A stretch of 32,201 nucleotides of DNA from the NCBI RefSeq assembly GCF_001186125.1, contig NW_014040235.1:7789-39989 (forward strand). The letters are read 5' to 3'. The stretch comes from Sphaeroforma arctica JP610. Its lineage: Eukaryota. Position numbers and translations under genes: made by a program. Each line of letters opens with the position of its first letter. Position 1 is the stretch's first letter. The notes below the pieces were generated by a model. It did not search any database and was not told the DNA's origin. It saw nothing but the letters and a program-made list of their open reading frames with translations. Positions 1 to 11,959 of this stretch are shown in pieces.

Positions 1-757
1 ACACACGCACACACACACACACACACACACTCATATATATATATATATGTATGTATATCCATACGTATTTGAGAGTGTATAAATAAGCATTTATGGATGT
101 ATATCTACTCATTGGTTCATATTTGCGTAGCTACACATGTATAATATATATATATATATATACCACCCCCTGCCCCTGCTCCTCTTGCCCTCTCTAAACA
201 AACACATTTATATGCTCAGACACACACACCTAGATACATGTACATATACATAGCAAAACGGATCTCAACGTCTGAATGATAAGATGTTGACGTATACGTT
301 GAAGTCTCTGTATATAAATTTTGCCTCCCGAATTTCTCGATTTTGCTGGGCCTGTTATGTATTCATGTAAACTTATGCTGTCACATTCAAACTGTAGTGT
401 GCTACATGACTGACTTGAATGTCTATGATTTGAAAGCAACGCATACTCACATAAATGTATTTCCACTTATGGTAAGATATGGCTAGTTTTCACCATAGTC
501 TTTCTCGACATGCAACTTTACCAATGGTTAAAGCAATATACTTAGACTCCCGTGTCCCTATGCGCTTTAGAAAAGTTATACCATGTTTTACAAAGTTTTA
601 GGTATATTAGCACATCTGCGCACGTACTGGCCATGACATTGGCGTGAATGTTCTTACTACGAAAGCTATAACATTATGGTCAGTAATATGCCGACCAGGA
701 TTCAGATAATTGATATCTGAAGTTAACTCTAATGGAACACTTACGGAATCGACACAG

Positions 758-3179
758 GAACGTCTATTCCCAAAGTGGAACTCATCGAACATGTGCCATG
801 ACAAATGGAGCAAAACTGTGGTGTCAAAGATAGAGCCGGCAAAGGAGAGGACAGACGAAGATCTCGCTAGCGAACAACAGAAGTATGTTCCCGTATGTTT
901 AAGTGCGTATGCCCGTCGAAACGCGCTTGTATCAGATATATGCTTGTCTAGTATTCATTCTGTGAAATTGGGAGAGCTTGCATTGTACCGGTCAATCATG
1001 GGACGTGTAGCGGTTTTGGGTTAAAATGCTCTGTTTGTGTCGCCTGATACGCTCTGATGCGCTCTGAAGCTGTATAATTTGTGTGCGGATAACTGGAGTG
1101 TAATTCGCATGCGGTGTGTTTGGACTGCGGTATGGATGTAACCACTATACAGATTTATTTTGTTAATGCATGGTTAAGAGCGATCGTGATATTCACTACC
1201 ACAATGTCAGTCAGTCTGATCCACTGTCGAGTTTCAGTGCGCGGTTCAAGGAATGTGTTAATATATTCGTATACGGTGTACTGTACGTCCAAAAAAACCT
1301 CAATACAGACGTTCATTTTGAATTTGTGTACTAAGATCTAGCCGTTTCTCAACACTGTATTGCACGCACGTACCATTAGCGTGTAAATCGGACGGAAGGA
1401 CTTATACAATCTCAAGCTTGTATACGTACCTGCAAATCGTCGGTCTGAGGGGTTATAGTATCCTTCTTATTCGCAACTCCTAGGTACATGAAAGAGCACA
1501 AGAAAGATGTGTTAAAGTTTGCGGCGTTGAAGAATCCGGCACAAACTGAGACGATGATGTTGGAGAAGCCCTTCCTACTGAGCGAGTACGCTGCCAACTT
1601 CATGGTGGTGTATGCCGTGGATCTGGCCGTGGAAGAGAAATGGAAAGAGCTGGACGGTGTGATTGGCCAGATTGTGACTCTGCAGTTCATGCTTCAGGTG
1701 TGTGCGTAGATTGTGTATCTCAGTTGTGCTCTGCCGAGCTCTCATTGTTTCTGCCTGTAAATGCCTACCGCAGACACATGCGATGGATTTAATCCTTAGA
1801 CATCTGTTTTTTTTCAGAGATAACGTATACAGACACGCGTATACCAGGGGTGTATATATTCTACGCCGACTCTTATTGACGGAATCGTGTGTAGTATTCT
1901 ACATTGTACATTATTATCACATTTTCAACGTGAAGGCTCTATACTCAAACAGGTCAGAGGCTCCTCCAGTTCCCCGCACGAGAATCTCGTCAAGACCTTC
2001 TTTGTGCGCGCACACAAGGCGGAGGACGCCTACACAGAGGCGTTCAGGGACGAAACAAAGGCGCTTACAGAGCGTGTGAAAACCCGCGCCAAAGAGCGTC
2101 TGGCAGAGGCCTTGGCTGAGGTTGAAGCAGAGGAGAAAGAGAAGCGAATCGCTGAATCGCCAGGGGGCGTCGATCCGGAGGAGGTCATGAATGAGTTGCC
2201 TCAGGCTATGAAGGATGCTTTCGAGGTATATATCGCATAGATGTGTGGGCTTTCTTGGCGCGTGTGCATTTCAAACGGGTGATAGCTTGATTGTGGGCTG
2301 TGCAGCTAGTCAGTCATTTGTTCGCTTTATGTATGCACTAGGTAAGGTATATGGTTTATTAGAAGTTCGGTCGCATCAATCGTTCTCTTATATACCAATG
2401 AGAGATTTGTGTTCGCAACATGCATCTCGAATCCTGGCTCGGCCTGTGCAATGGCTATAAAGACTCATATCCTTGCTAGTGCAATTTGGCAAATTGTGTA
2501 TTGCCGCTTGACATGCGTAGACCTGTCAATAACTAGCAGCTGGCGAGTTGTGCGATAGGTGTTTCATATGTTATCTATCGGTGTACAGACCTTCGGAGAG
2601 TCGGGCTCGATATGCAAGCGTAGTCCTCTTATTGCGAGTCTACAAAACTAGATTCGACAACCTAAACCGGTTGACTCAAGCAGTGCCATTTGCTATTGTT
2701 TTCTTGGTACCAGTCGCGAGATATTGCCAAGTTACAACAGGTCATCGCAGATATGGAGTTGAAGGATGCGGAATATTACATCGACAGGTGAGAGAGTCTT
2801 TCAAGTTCTGGGTGTTGGTCTTTATTTATTCTATTTTTATTTTCAGTAGTTTCGGTTATATGTGTCTGTGAATGCTGCGTTTTGGCCGGCTTAAGGTTGT
2901 TTGAACTGTGTCGTCTTCTGAGCTCACTGCCCGTAGTTAGTGCAGCTTTGTATACTGTAATCTTTAAGTGGTTAGTGTGGTTAAAGTGCGAGCGATGTGC
3001 TTATAGATTGATACGTATAGCTGACTAATCCACTTTCCTGGACTTGATCTTCTAGTCTTATATCAGCGTTCAAAATTATGCATATTTGGGGATGAATTTA
3101 ACTCTCAAACCTTGATATGCTTACATTTTTTACATTATTTAGATGTACCAAGTCTGGTCTGTGGGTGCCCGGGGAATAA
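758..3179 (+). CDS. CDC37: Hsp90 co-chaperone Cdc37, 5'-partial (middle and C-terminal domains). Exons 758-882, 1484-1697, 1953-2225, 2714-2787, 3143-3179.
   Basis: GT-AG splicing with consistent phases gives a 240-aa open frame: ERLFPKWNSSNMCHDKWSKTVV...FLLSEYAANFMVVYAVDLAVEEK...QFMLQ...AFRDETKALTERVKTRAKER...PGGVDPEEVMNELP...DAEYYIDRCTKSGLWVPGE*. It matches the Cdc37 hallmarks ANxxVxxxxDLxVEEK, PGGxDPxEV and the terminal SGLWVP. The N-terminal exons presumably lie upstream of the window. Confidence 0.93.
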
Positions 3180-3411
3180 ACCAATCGGACAGAGGACTGC
3201 TTGAAGATATGGATTTAAAGCGTTGTCTGTTCTAAAATCTCCTCCGGAGACGGTATCGCGCGTGAGCGTACGCGTCTCTTAGTGGGGTACTAGTGGTAAC
3301 TATTCCAGGAATGTACGAATGCGCTCGAGTAAACAAACGAGCCATATACGAGGAAATAAACACATGCGATAAACAGTAAACTGATTACGGGAGGAATAAG
3401 TATCGCCTCAT

Positions 3412-3830
3412 TTTCTGCTAGCTTTTGATCGAGAAAGTGCTGATAAGTTATCTGAATATTCTCTCTACCAACGCGTGATTGGGAGACATTTTGGTTCATT
3501 GAGTATAAGTAGCGCCTCCTTCTCTGCGAGCTGTAGATCGAGAAAGTACTAGTTAAATTAACTGAATATCCTCTCTACCAACGCGTGATCGGGAGACATT
3601 TTGGTTCATTGAGTATAAGTAGCGCCTCCTTCTCTGCTAGCTGTTGATAGAGAAAGCACTGTTAAAAAACTGAATATTCTCTCTACCAACGCGTGATTGG
3701 GAGACATTTTAGTTCATTGAGTATAAGTAGTGCCTCCTTCTCTGCTAGCTGTTGATCGAGAAAGTACAGTTAAGTTAATTGAATAATCTCTCTACCAACG
3801 CGTGATTGGGAGACATTTTGGTTCATTGAG
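3412..3830. repeat. Tandem array of about four ~109-110-bp units, with more diverged related copies extending to ~4180
   Basis: The core CTCTCTACCAACGCGTGAT[T/C]GGGAGACATTTT[G/A]GTTCATTGAG recurs at 3461, 3571, 3679 and 3788 (periods 110, 108, 109). Confidence 0.95.
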
Positions 3831-5747
3831 TTCTACTTGTATGAGCGGCTCAGAACCATGAGCGGAACAAATGAGACCTCTGTGTATCTACTAGAGAAAG
3901 GTATAGGAGTAAATAGTAGATGGTTAAAAAACTCCGAAAGCTGTTCGAAAATCTATATCTTCACTATCCACTACGCCTGACATATATGACCTCTTTCTGT
4001 ATTTAGAGAATGTAGTTGATAGTCGATAGTTAAATACTCCGAATTTCTATATTTTTATTATCCACTACAGCATGACCTTGCAACTAAGACTAAATTGACA
4101 GGTGTGACCCCTATATATATAGAGAGAAAGTACAAGTTGATTGTAGATAGCTAACATCTCTTTCTCCACTACAGCATATGCTGACAACGATTTGGCAGAT
4201 TCTGGTGATATACACTTGACAACTACAAAAATGTATTGACTTCATTGTAAGTTTTAACCCATATGTACACTTATTCTTTTTATTGAACGTTATAAAAATA
4301 TGATGACAATCGTATATGCATAGTCCGTGACAAAGGGAAGTGACACCTCTCCGTTCCCATGTGCTGCATAGCCCTTTAAATAAAGCAAACATCTACGCAT
4401 ACGAAACATATTTACCGAGCAGAGCTCATAGCATGTATGTATGAGAGTGCAACAACTAGTCAAATACTTTTTGTGTAGTAAGAATTAGATATAGGAATGA
4501 TGGCCTGGTAATGATATCTACACGCAGACGCAAAGTGTATCAAGCCGTTCAATACAATAGCAGCCAGAACTGGGCTAAAGGCTTCGCTGAAGAGGCAAGT
4601 GTGATTCTGTACTCATCTGAACCATCATGTGCCTGCGAAAACTGCCAGATATGATCTGTGTTCTCCTAACTCCTACAGTACACTAACGGTGAAACCAACA
4701 ACTTCGCGGGATCTCAGGTCAGAAATGCGTGCAGTGACAGGCATGCCAATGGCCGAAATCAGCACCAATAGCGCACAGCCATCATGAGTAAGATAACTTT
4801 ACAAGATGGGATAGTCGGTTCAACATTACTATGCGACCTTACCTGTCTCGGTGGACTACGAGATGTCCGTCACCTGCAACGACCAACCGGATCACTACCT
4901 TTCCCAATTGGCACAGCCTGTTAAGAGTGGTAAACACTTGGGCTATGCTCCAGGTAAAAGCGACTGATACGAATACATTACGTGAGCGCAAGAACAATTA
5001 TAACGTATCGAAAGCAGAACATACATTGAAAAATAAATTTCGAAAATATGCGAGTATTATGTGTGAAATAGCATAAGCCCATAACGAGATCTAACCAAAG
5101 CATAATTATTCATTGCATGCAATTACAAAGCGCTGCTGTTTCGTAGATTTTTTTTTGTTGAGAATCCAGCCATGTGCGATGACGCGTCTTGAGTGGACGA
5201 ATGTCACTAAATACAAAAAAAAATAACGAGAAGAGAGAACGAAATAGATCCCGTACAATGGGGAGGACTGAAGTAATACAAAGATAACGGAAGGTTTCCG
5301 AAATAAAAAATTGCGACATTTTGAGTGATGCGTTATTTACATTGGCGAGGTCAGCGTTCGAGAATATATATTTACAACGAATCTAAGCACGTTGTGCATA
5401 AGATGTTATGTGCACATGCATCGGATTAGATCAATACATAGGTGCATCGAAAGTCCCAATTCAATCGCAATAATCCCATTCCTCATATCAACAGATTATC
5501 AATATCATAGCATTGGTGATATTCGTAATACGACTCAGCGTCAGGCGATGAATGAGTGACAAGGGTGATTCGTCCGAGCAAAGCGGTCATGGATGGTATC
5601 TCAAAGACAATCTTTCAAATAGTATGGCATGAAGCGATTGCTTCCGTTCAGTTACATGCCGTTTCAGAAAAGATGCGAGTAGTATAATCATCGTTAGCAA
5701 CTGCACAGGGTACTGAATACTTGCTGCTGTGTTGTCTTATGTTCTCA

Positions 5748-8700
5748 TCATTGCTGAGCGGCTCCCTCGCCACCAGCCTTCGCCTGCTGTGCGTAGTACT
5801 CCTTCCATTGCTCGGCCCAGATCTTTTGTTGTTCCGTCTATTAACATGAAAGAGATGTGCAGACACACACGAACGTCACACGAGCGTACCATGGAACAGG
5901 GCAGACATGACAAACGCGAATTCAAGTATACATTTTTGTGCAAGGAGGAAGTGTAATGGGGTTGTTGAGAAATAGGCCAAATGTCCCTTTGATTTTTGAA
6001 AGGTCAATATAGTGTCGAAGTCATAGTAAAATCAAAGAGAATTTCTGCAGTACTCGATATAAAGAGTTGATAACCCATGCTGGAGGAGACACGCACACAC
6101 ACAACACCATTCAAGCCCAGCATTCCACATCACCAACAGTAGCATCACAAGCAAAATACAACAACACACCCTCGCGTATACCTAGACGTCCATACACTTA
6201 CCCATTGCTCGCTGCTTTGTCCCGCGCTTGCCCCTTGCTGCCCTTGTTGTTGATTGTACTGTTGTTATCGTTATCAACGTAGTGAGTTTATACTGGACAG
6301 GACGTTTCAACAATGCCAATGGACGTACCAATAATCATATTGCGAGCGGAATCAACACATAAGAGATTACTTTCAGAATGTAGAGCACAGTGCTTGTTGG
6401 CAAACAAGCGTCTCCATACCTACTTTCTCACACACAACACAAAACAGCACCATTCATGCAAACACATACCATCTCCTGTCCCGGTGGTGCAGGCTCTGAC
6501 GACGATTGTTGTGAAGATGCGGTATAACCGCTCTGCTGACTGGCTCCATACCCACCCGCAGCGGGGGCCTGGCTGTTGTAACCACCCGCCCCCTGACCCT
6601 GCGATTGCCCGTATCCGCCAGCAGCCGCACCTTGGCTTCCGTAGCCACCTTGTGCCGAGGACTGGTTGCCTTGTGAGCTACTACCATACCCGCCCTGACT
6701 GCCAGCTCCATACCCGCCCTGTGCGCCTTGCTGGGCTCCAGGTGCTCCATACCCGCCCTGGCTATCTCCACCCGGGGCGCTAAAGCCGCCGCCACTAGGC
6801 CCAGTACTTGACCCCCCTGGTGCGCCCTGGCTGTAGCTGGAGTCGCGTCTATCCTGCCCGTAGCCTCCAGATTGTCCCCCCTGGCTGGGTCGGCTACCAT
6901 AGCCACCCCCCTGAGCGCTCTGGCTGCCGTAGCCCCCACCTTGACTGCCATAGCCGCCTGAACTCTGTCCTCCAGGGGGTCCGTACCCACCCGGCCCTGC
7001 CTGGCCACCTCGAGGTCCATAGCCTCCAGCTCCCTGGCTTCCGCCTCGGCTGCCATACCCACCGCTTTGTCCTCCGGGTGCACCTTGTCCCCAGGAATTA
7101 GGATCGCCAGGTGCGGGTCCTCGGCTGTTGTAGCCACCGCCACCGCCCATAGGGCCGCCACCAGCCTTCTCCATAATCATTGCCCGCGCGGCTGCAATCT
7201 CCTCATCGGTTCCGTTGACCAGGAAAAACTTCTCAGGCCCGTACTGAGGTCCGTCTCGGTCAAGCTGGACACGTGCACCAGTCTCTGCGATGATCATCTT
7301 GATGGTTTCACCTCCACGGCCAATGACCAGTCCAACCTTTGTACTGTCGACAGGGATACGCACATCCGGTCGACCGTCGGAACCACCCATGCCACCATGG
7401 CCGCCCGTACCTGTTAATAGTGGAAGATCATTATATTGAACTTGAACAAGTGCGGACATATGTGCAGAAAAATAATAATAAGCAAGACGCAAGCAGACAT
7501 AAAAATATATGGACTGTCACTGTTGCAGCGAAGGAAAATCGATCAATGTCAAGCAAGGGTGAACCTCTACTTGATGTATAAGCTCAACCCATATATTAGA
7601 CGCTATCACAAAAAATGCACACAAAGCCTGACCGGGCTACATAACTATAACCTTCGCATCTCATCAACAGCAACCACTCACCTCCACCCATACTGCCGCG
7701 GCCCTGGCGCTCTTTGTGTTGGTTGACGATCTCCATCACGGCTGCCTCGCCTCTCTTGACACTCTCAGCAAATCCTTCAATGGTCACCACGCGTTCGGGC
7801 CGGCCCATGTCCTGTTCCAGCTGTATCTTGGCCCCACTCTCCGCCTGCAGTCGCTTGATAGTGCTACCGCCGTGGCCGATGACCAGACCCACCCCGTCGC
7901 TAGGGATCCTGATCTCCACCTTGACTGTGCCGTACGGGGACTCCTGGTAGGACCCGCTCTGTCCACCAAACCCTGAGTTGCCTCCGCTGCCCATACCCCC
8001 GAAACTACCCCCACGAGCGCTCCCGCCGACGGTGCTGTTGTCGTAAGGCGAGTCTGCGATGATCTCTTCGACCATCTTCTTGGCAATGGCCACCTTCTCT
8101 CTATCGCCAGAGATGACCACAGGCTTCTCAATCGCTCCTGGTGGCTGGTTGTCCTGTATCACCTGGATGCGAGCCCCACTGTGGGCCTGCAATTCGCGAA
8201 TCTTCTCACCACCACGCCCAATGATCACACCCACGCGGTTGTTGGGGCACATGACCTCCACGCGTTCTTCGGGCTCAGCGTTGCCGCCGGTTGAGCTACT
8301 GGACTGAGATGTGTCTACTACTTCCTTGATCAGAGAGCGTACCTTGGCGATAGAGGCGCCGTCGCCGGTGATAGTCACACGGCGGTGCACGCCATCGTGC
8401 GAGTCGGGCGCAATCTGCAGGCGAGCGCCGCTCTCGGCCTGCAGGCGCTTGATGGTTTCACCGCCTCGACCAATGACAAGGCCAGCTGCGGAGGTAGGTA
8501 TATCGTACACATCCGAGGTGGGCATGATGGATGATTGGTCGTACCCCAGGCCAGTGTTGACACGCTTGGCTGCACCGTCATCGTCGCCACCATCGTCGTG
8601 GGGTCGCTTAGTGCCTGCACTTGCGGCGTTAGCGTCCGCTTCTGAGAGAACCGGAGGATACTGCGTATTAGATTGTGTGAGGGTAACAACGTCTCTAGGG

Positions 8701-9159
8701 CTACCGAGAGCTACGATTGTAATACGAGACAGACCTAGAATGTACATGAACCATATCGTAGTGCATGCACCATACAGTAGTGTAGTTGGGCACACTGCAG
8801 GACATGGACATGGCTTTGCACTCTGGAAAGTGCTTGGGCAGGCCTCTGCTCCACGCCCATACAACGACCAAGCAGAAACATCACATCAGCCATAACATTC
8901 TCCAACAGGGCAAGTAACAACACATCCGCCACCCACGGCTATTGACGCGAATATATGAAGGCGCGGACTGTAACATATGACCTACGCATATCCTGAACAC
9001 TCTTGGGATAGCGAACACTCGTGTATGAACACAGACCATACCTCCAGTGGCGGTGTATGCAGCAGCCGCAGGGGCGGCTGTGGCTGCGGGGGCTGGCTCA
9101 CCTTTGGCAATGGCCGATGCCCGGTCCTTTGCCTGCTGCAGCATGTCTTGGAAGTCCAT
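5748..9159 (-). CDS. Far upstream element-binding protein family (FUBP/KHSRP/PSI-like) RNA-binding protein with four KH domains, ~721 aa. Exons 9159-9042, 8641-7682, 7410-6470, 6258-6202, 5837-5748.
   Basis: The N-terminal helix MDFQDMLQQAKDRASAIAK resembles the FUBP 'F.DAL.RAR.IAAK' box and is followed by a KRPHDDG motif. Four KH GxxG motifs are present: GLVIGRGGETI, GVIIGRGGEKI, GLVIGHGGSTI, GLVIGRGGETI. A Gly/Tyr/Gln-rich region follows, then a terminal WAEQWKEYYAQQ resembling the FUBP Tyr-rich (DUF1897) motif. All introns are GT-AG with matching phases. Confidence 0.92.
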
Positions 9160-10079
9160 CTTGTATGTGTCCTCAGGAATATGGGTATTCTACGATGTAT
9201 GTATACAAAGAACGACGTTAACACAAGCAACCAAATTGTAAAGGTACTGTATATGCATGCGACTATTGAGTTGACTAGCATGATAAGAAGACCTGCTGAC
9301 GGCCTGGCAGCATGTCATAGACATCTTTTAACAAAGAGACGGCAGTTGTTGCGTGACGGTTCATGTATAATCGCCAATGATCATTCGACAAGTAGGTATA
9401 TCCACATTCACACGAAATTCAATACCAAGGCAAGGTACATAGTTGAACGTAGTAGCTCCGGTGCACGATTAGAGATATGCACACCAGCGCTTATAAGTGG
9501 GCTATATCATACATGGAAATGGCTGTATGTCCTTATCGATAAGCGTGGGGTTGATTACTTTCACTCAACGTTATGCGATATAATTTTTATAGCGAAATTG
9601 GTGGGACGGATAGTGTAGATAGACTATGTGCGATATATACACATGACAGCGTCTACATAGCTGTAGGATACAAATAAATTGTGTGCTTTTGTTGTGGTTG
9701 TGGAACCAGGTTGTAACACAGAAGCACATTCAAATGCTTCTAGTGATACATCCAGGTGATAGTAGTAGCTGGATTGAAATGTATGTAAACCATTGTAGTA
9801 AAAAAAAGATGTACCTTATGCATGCATATATATATATATATATATAGATTTGTACTCACAGGCCTGACTTGATGTATTGAATAGTGAGATAATGACATTA
9901 ATCCGAAAACAGCTCAACAATCTTACTACACTTGACACTCAAAGCATATAAATATACGTGTAGAAGCATATCTAAAATATGCTATACGAAGTACTTGCAA
10001 ATACACTATGCATATATTTGCATAAATTACAGGGAATATATATAACAATCCAATAAAGTATATTAGCATGTAAAACAGA

Positions 10080-10169
10080 CGCACACGCACACACACACGC
10101 ACACACACACTCTCTCTCACACACACACATATATATTTATATATATACATACATCAATACATATATAAT

Positions 10170-10200
<31 letters not shown>

Positions 10201-10218
10201 TATATATATACTAAATAT

Positions 10219-10272
<54 letters not shown>
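10080..10272. repeat. Compound (CA)n/(TA)n microsatellite
   Basis: Directly visible. Similar shorter tracts occur at 1-57, 137-162 and 9826-9846. Confidence 0.95.
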
Positions 10273-10277
<5 letters not shown>

Positions 10278-11235
10278 TTACAAACCCCAGGCATGCGCGT
10301 CTATTTAAAATACACTGAGAGGAAAAAAAATGGGACCATTCCAGACACAACAAATAAGCATCTCTAATGTCCTCATAGACGTATGTCTAGATTCTGATCA
10401 TAGGTCTGAACAGACCAAGGCTCAATCTCTAAATCCACATTGTGGTATCGCAAAACAACACTGACAAACACTTCCAAAACGCGGACTATACAATCTATTG
10501 CCAGATGTTCAACACTAGAAACATAGCCCTGGCCCGACTTACGATATTTTAAGCATATCTAACATACCAGAACCACGTTCCTTGCTCGACTGTAGTTTGT
10601 GTGTGCGTGTATTCAATGCTCCTCACGACCTGACTTGTGTGTTAAACCGCGAACACACATTCAAAACGTCGAAGGTACTTCTTGCTTGTTGACCAAATTA
10701 TTTACCATTTCACAAGACGAGTGAAGATAATCACAACTCTTGAACTCACACGACTACATAGACCTCATGCAAACTTTTAAAAAGTTGTAAATAAAATGGG
10801 GTTTGCAACAAGGGTTTCAGTTTATTATTTTAGTTTTTCATTTTTGACAACGAAAATAATTCTCTATTTATTTATGTATGTAGTTTCCGACAGTCTGTTT
10901 TATATTGTTTTTTATTATTACAAAAAACAGAGGGGTTGAAAAGAACTATGTACATATAATATATAGCTTCAAAAAATTGTGGCCTATTGCTGAGTTTTGA
11001 TATATTTGAAAAACAAATTTGTTTGAAATTGGTGCCAATTTAGAGGGCTATGAAATTGGTTGATCAGGAAAAACCATTTTCGGACTAAAACCCTGATATC
11101 GTAAACGCAGCTCGTGTTTAGGGTTTTTATAGATATGAGTAGAATTTGAGAGGACGAGTCTTTTGGACTCTTGGTTGACGACTTGGCGGCGGCGCTTGGG
11201 ATTTAAGGATGCAACGTGCACGAGGGAGACCGTAC

Positions 11236-11314
11236 GTAAATTTGTGATGAGAATAAGCCACAATCAAGCAATCTGTATCAATCATATAAATATAAGAATT
11301 GTTTGATAATTTAC
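11236..11314 (+). ncRNA. Candidate box C/D snoRNA 1 (intronic)
   Basis: 7-bp terminal stem GTAAATT (11236-11242) / AATTTAC (11308-11314), perfect box C GTGATGA (11244-11250) and degenerate box D TTGA (11303-11306). It fills most of an apparent intron 11232-11335 (GTACGT...TTGAC...TACAG). No clear C'/D' boxes. Confidence 0.4.
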
Positions 11315-11395
11315 ATCATTGACCTTACTCTACAGGATTTCATTTCTATAGTAAGCGTCTGTATCTTGTTCTTTCCGAACTAGACACATTATTCA

Positions 11396-11510
11396 GACTC
11401 GATGAAGAGGCTGATGCTTATGCATGCAATTGGATGCGGATGTTCCCACTCACGTTAGTGTACGGGTCCATCATTGATGATAATCATCATGCAGGGCCTC
11501 ACTGAGAGTC
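11396..11510 (+). ncRNA. Candidate box C/D snoRNA 2 (intronic)
   Basis: Terminal stem GACTC (11396-11400) / GAGTC (11506-11510), box C variant ATGAAGA (11402-11408), internal C'-like TTGATGA (11474-11480), and canonical box D CTGA (11502-11505) directly abutting the stem. It lies downstream of a GTAAGC donor at 11351. Confidence 0.62.
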
Positions 11511-11959
11511 CACTATTTTTTAAAATTTTAAAGAAAATATACGATACATTTTTGAACCGTCAGCTTTGTTTTTTATCACATCATTTGTCATGCAAGAATG
11601 TTTTATGCGAGACTTGCTATTGTTGTTTGACCAATTTGTAATCAAAAGTACTGCAATACGGTTTGAGCTTCTTTTTTTGAGCTTTCAAATATCACAATCG
11701 GAATTGCGACTGACACTGCATGACGATAGAAATAAGGACGTACATGTTGCTCTGCTCGTTCCGTGATCCACTTGCCCGTGAAAAGTGGATGAAATTCTCC
11801 GTGTGCAAAACGTTTTTAAAGGTGCTAAATATGTATATTAGTTAACGATTCAAGTTTTATTTATATCTTGAAACGTTTAACACAAATCTCGGTACGCTGA
11901 TAATCTAAACTTCGCCTCGCTCCTAGTAGAATATAGTACAATAAATATAGGGTCCAAGC

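Noticed and set aside
3412..3830. CRISPR-like reading of the 110-bp array (conserved part plus variable part)
   Set aside because: The variable segments are homologous to each other rather than unique spacers, the context is eukaryotic, and there are no cas genes.
6067..9618. Many plus-strand and alternative-frame ORFs, e.g. 6313-6783, 8311-8895, 8977-9618
   Set aside because: They are shadows of the GC-rich FUBP exons and show no independent motifs.
11717..11806. Third snoRNA- or SECIS-like element (ATGACGA plus the hairpin ATCCACTT...AAGTGGAT)
   Set aside because: There is no terminal box D next to a closing stem, and no upstream UGA-containing gene for a SECIS. It is worth including in a cmscan run but cannot be supported by eye.
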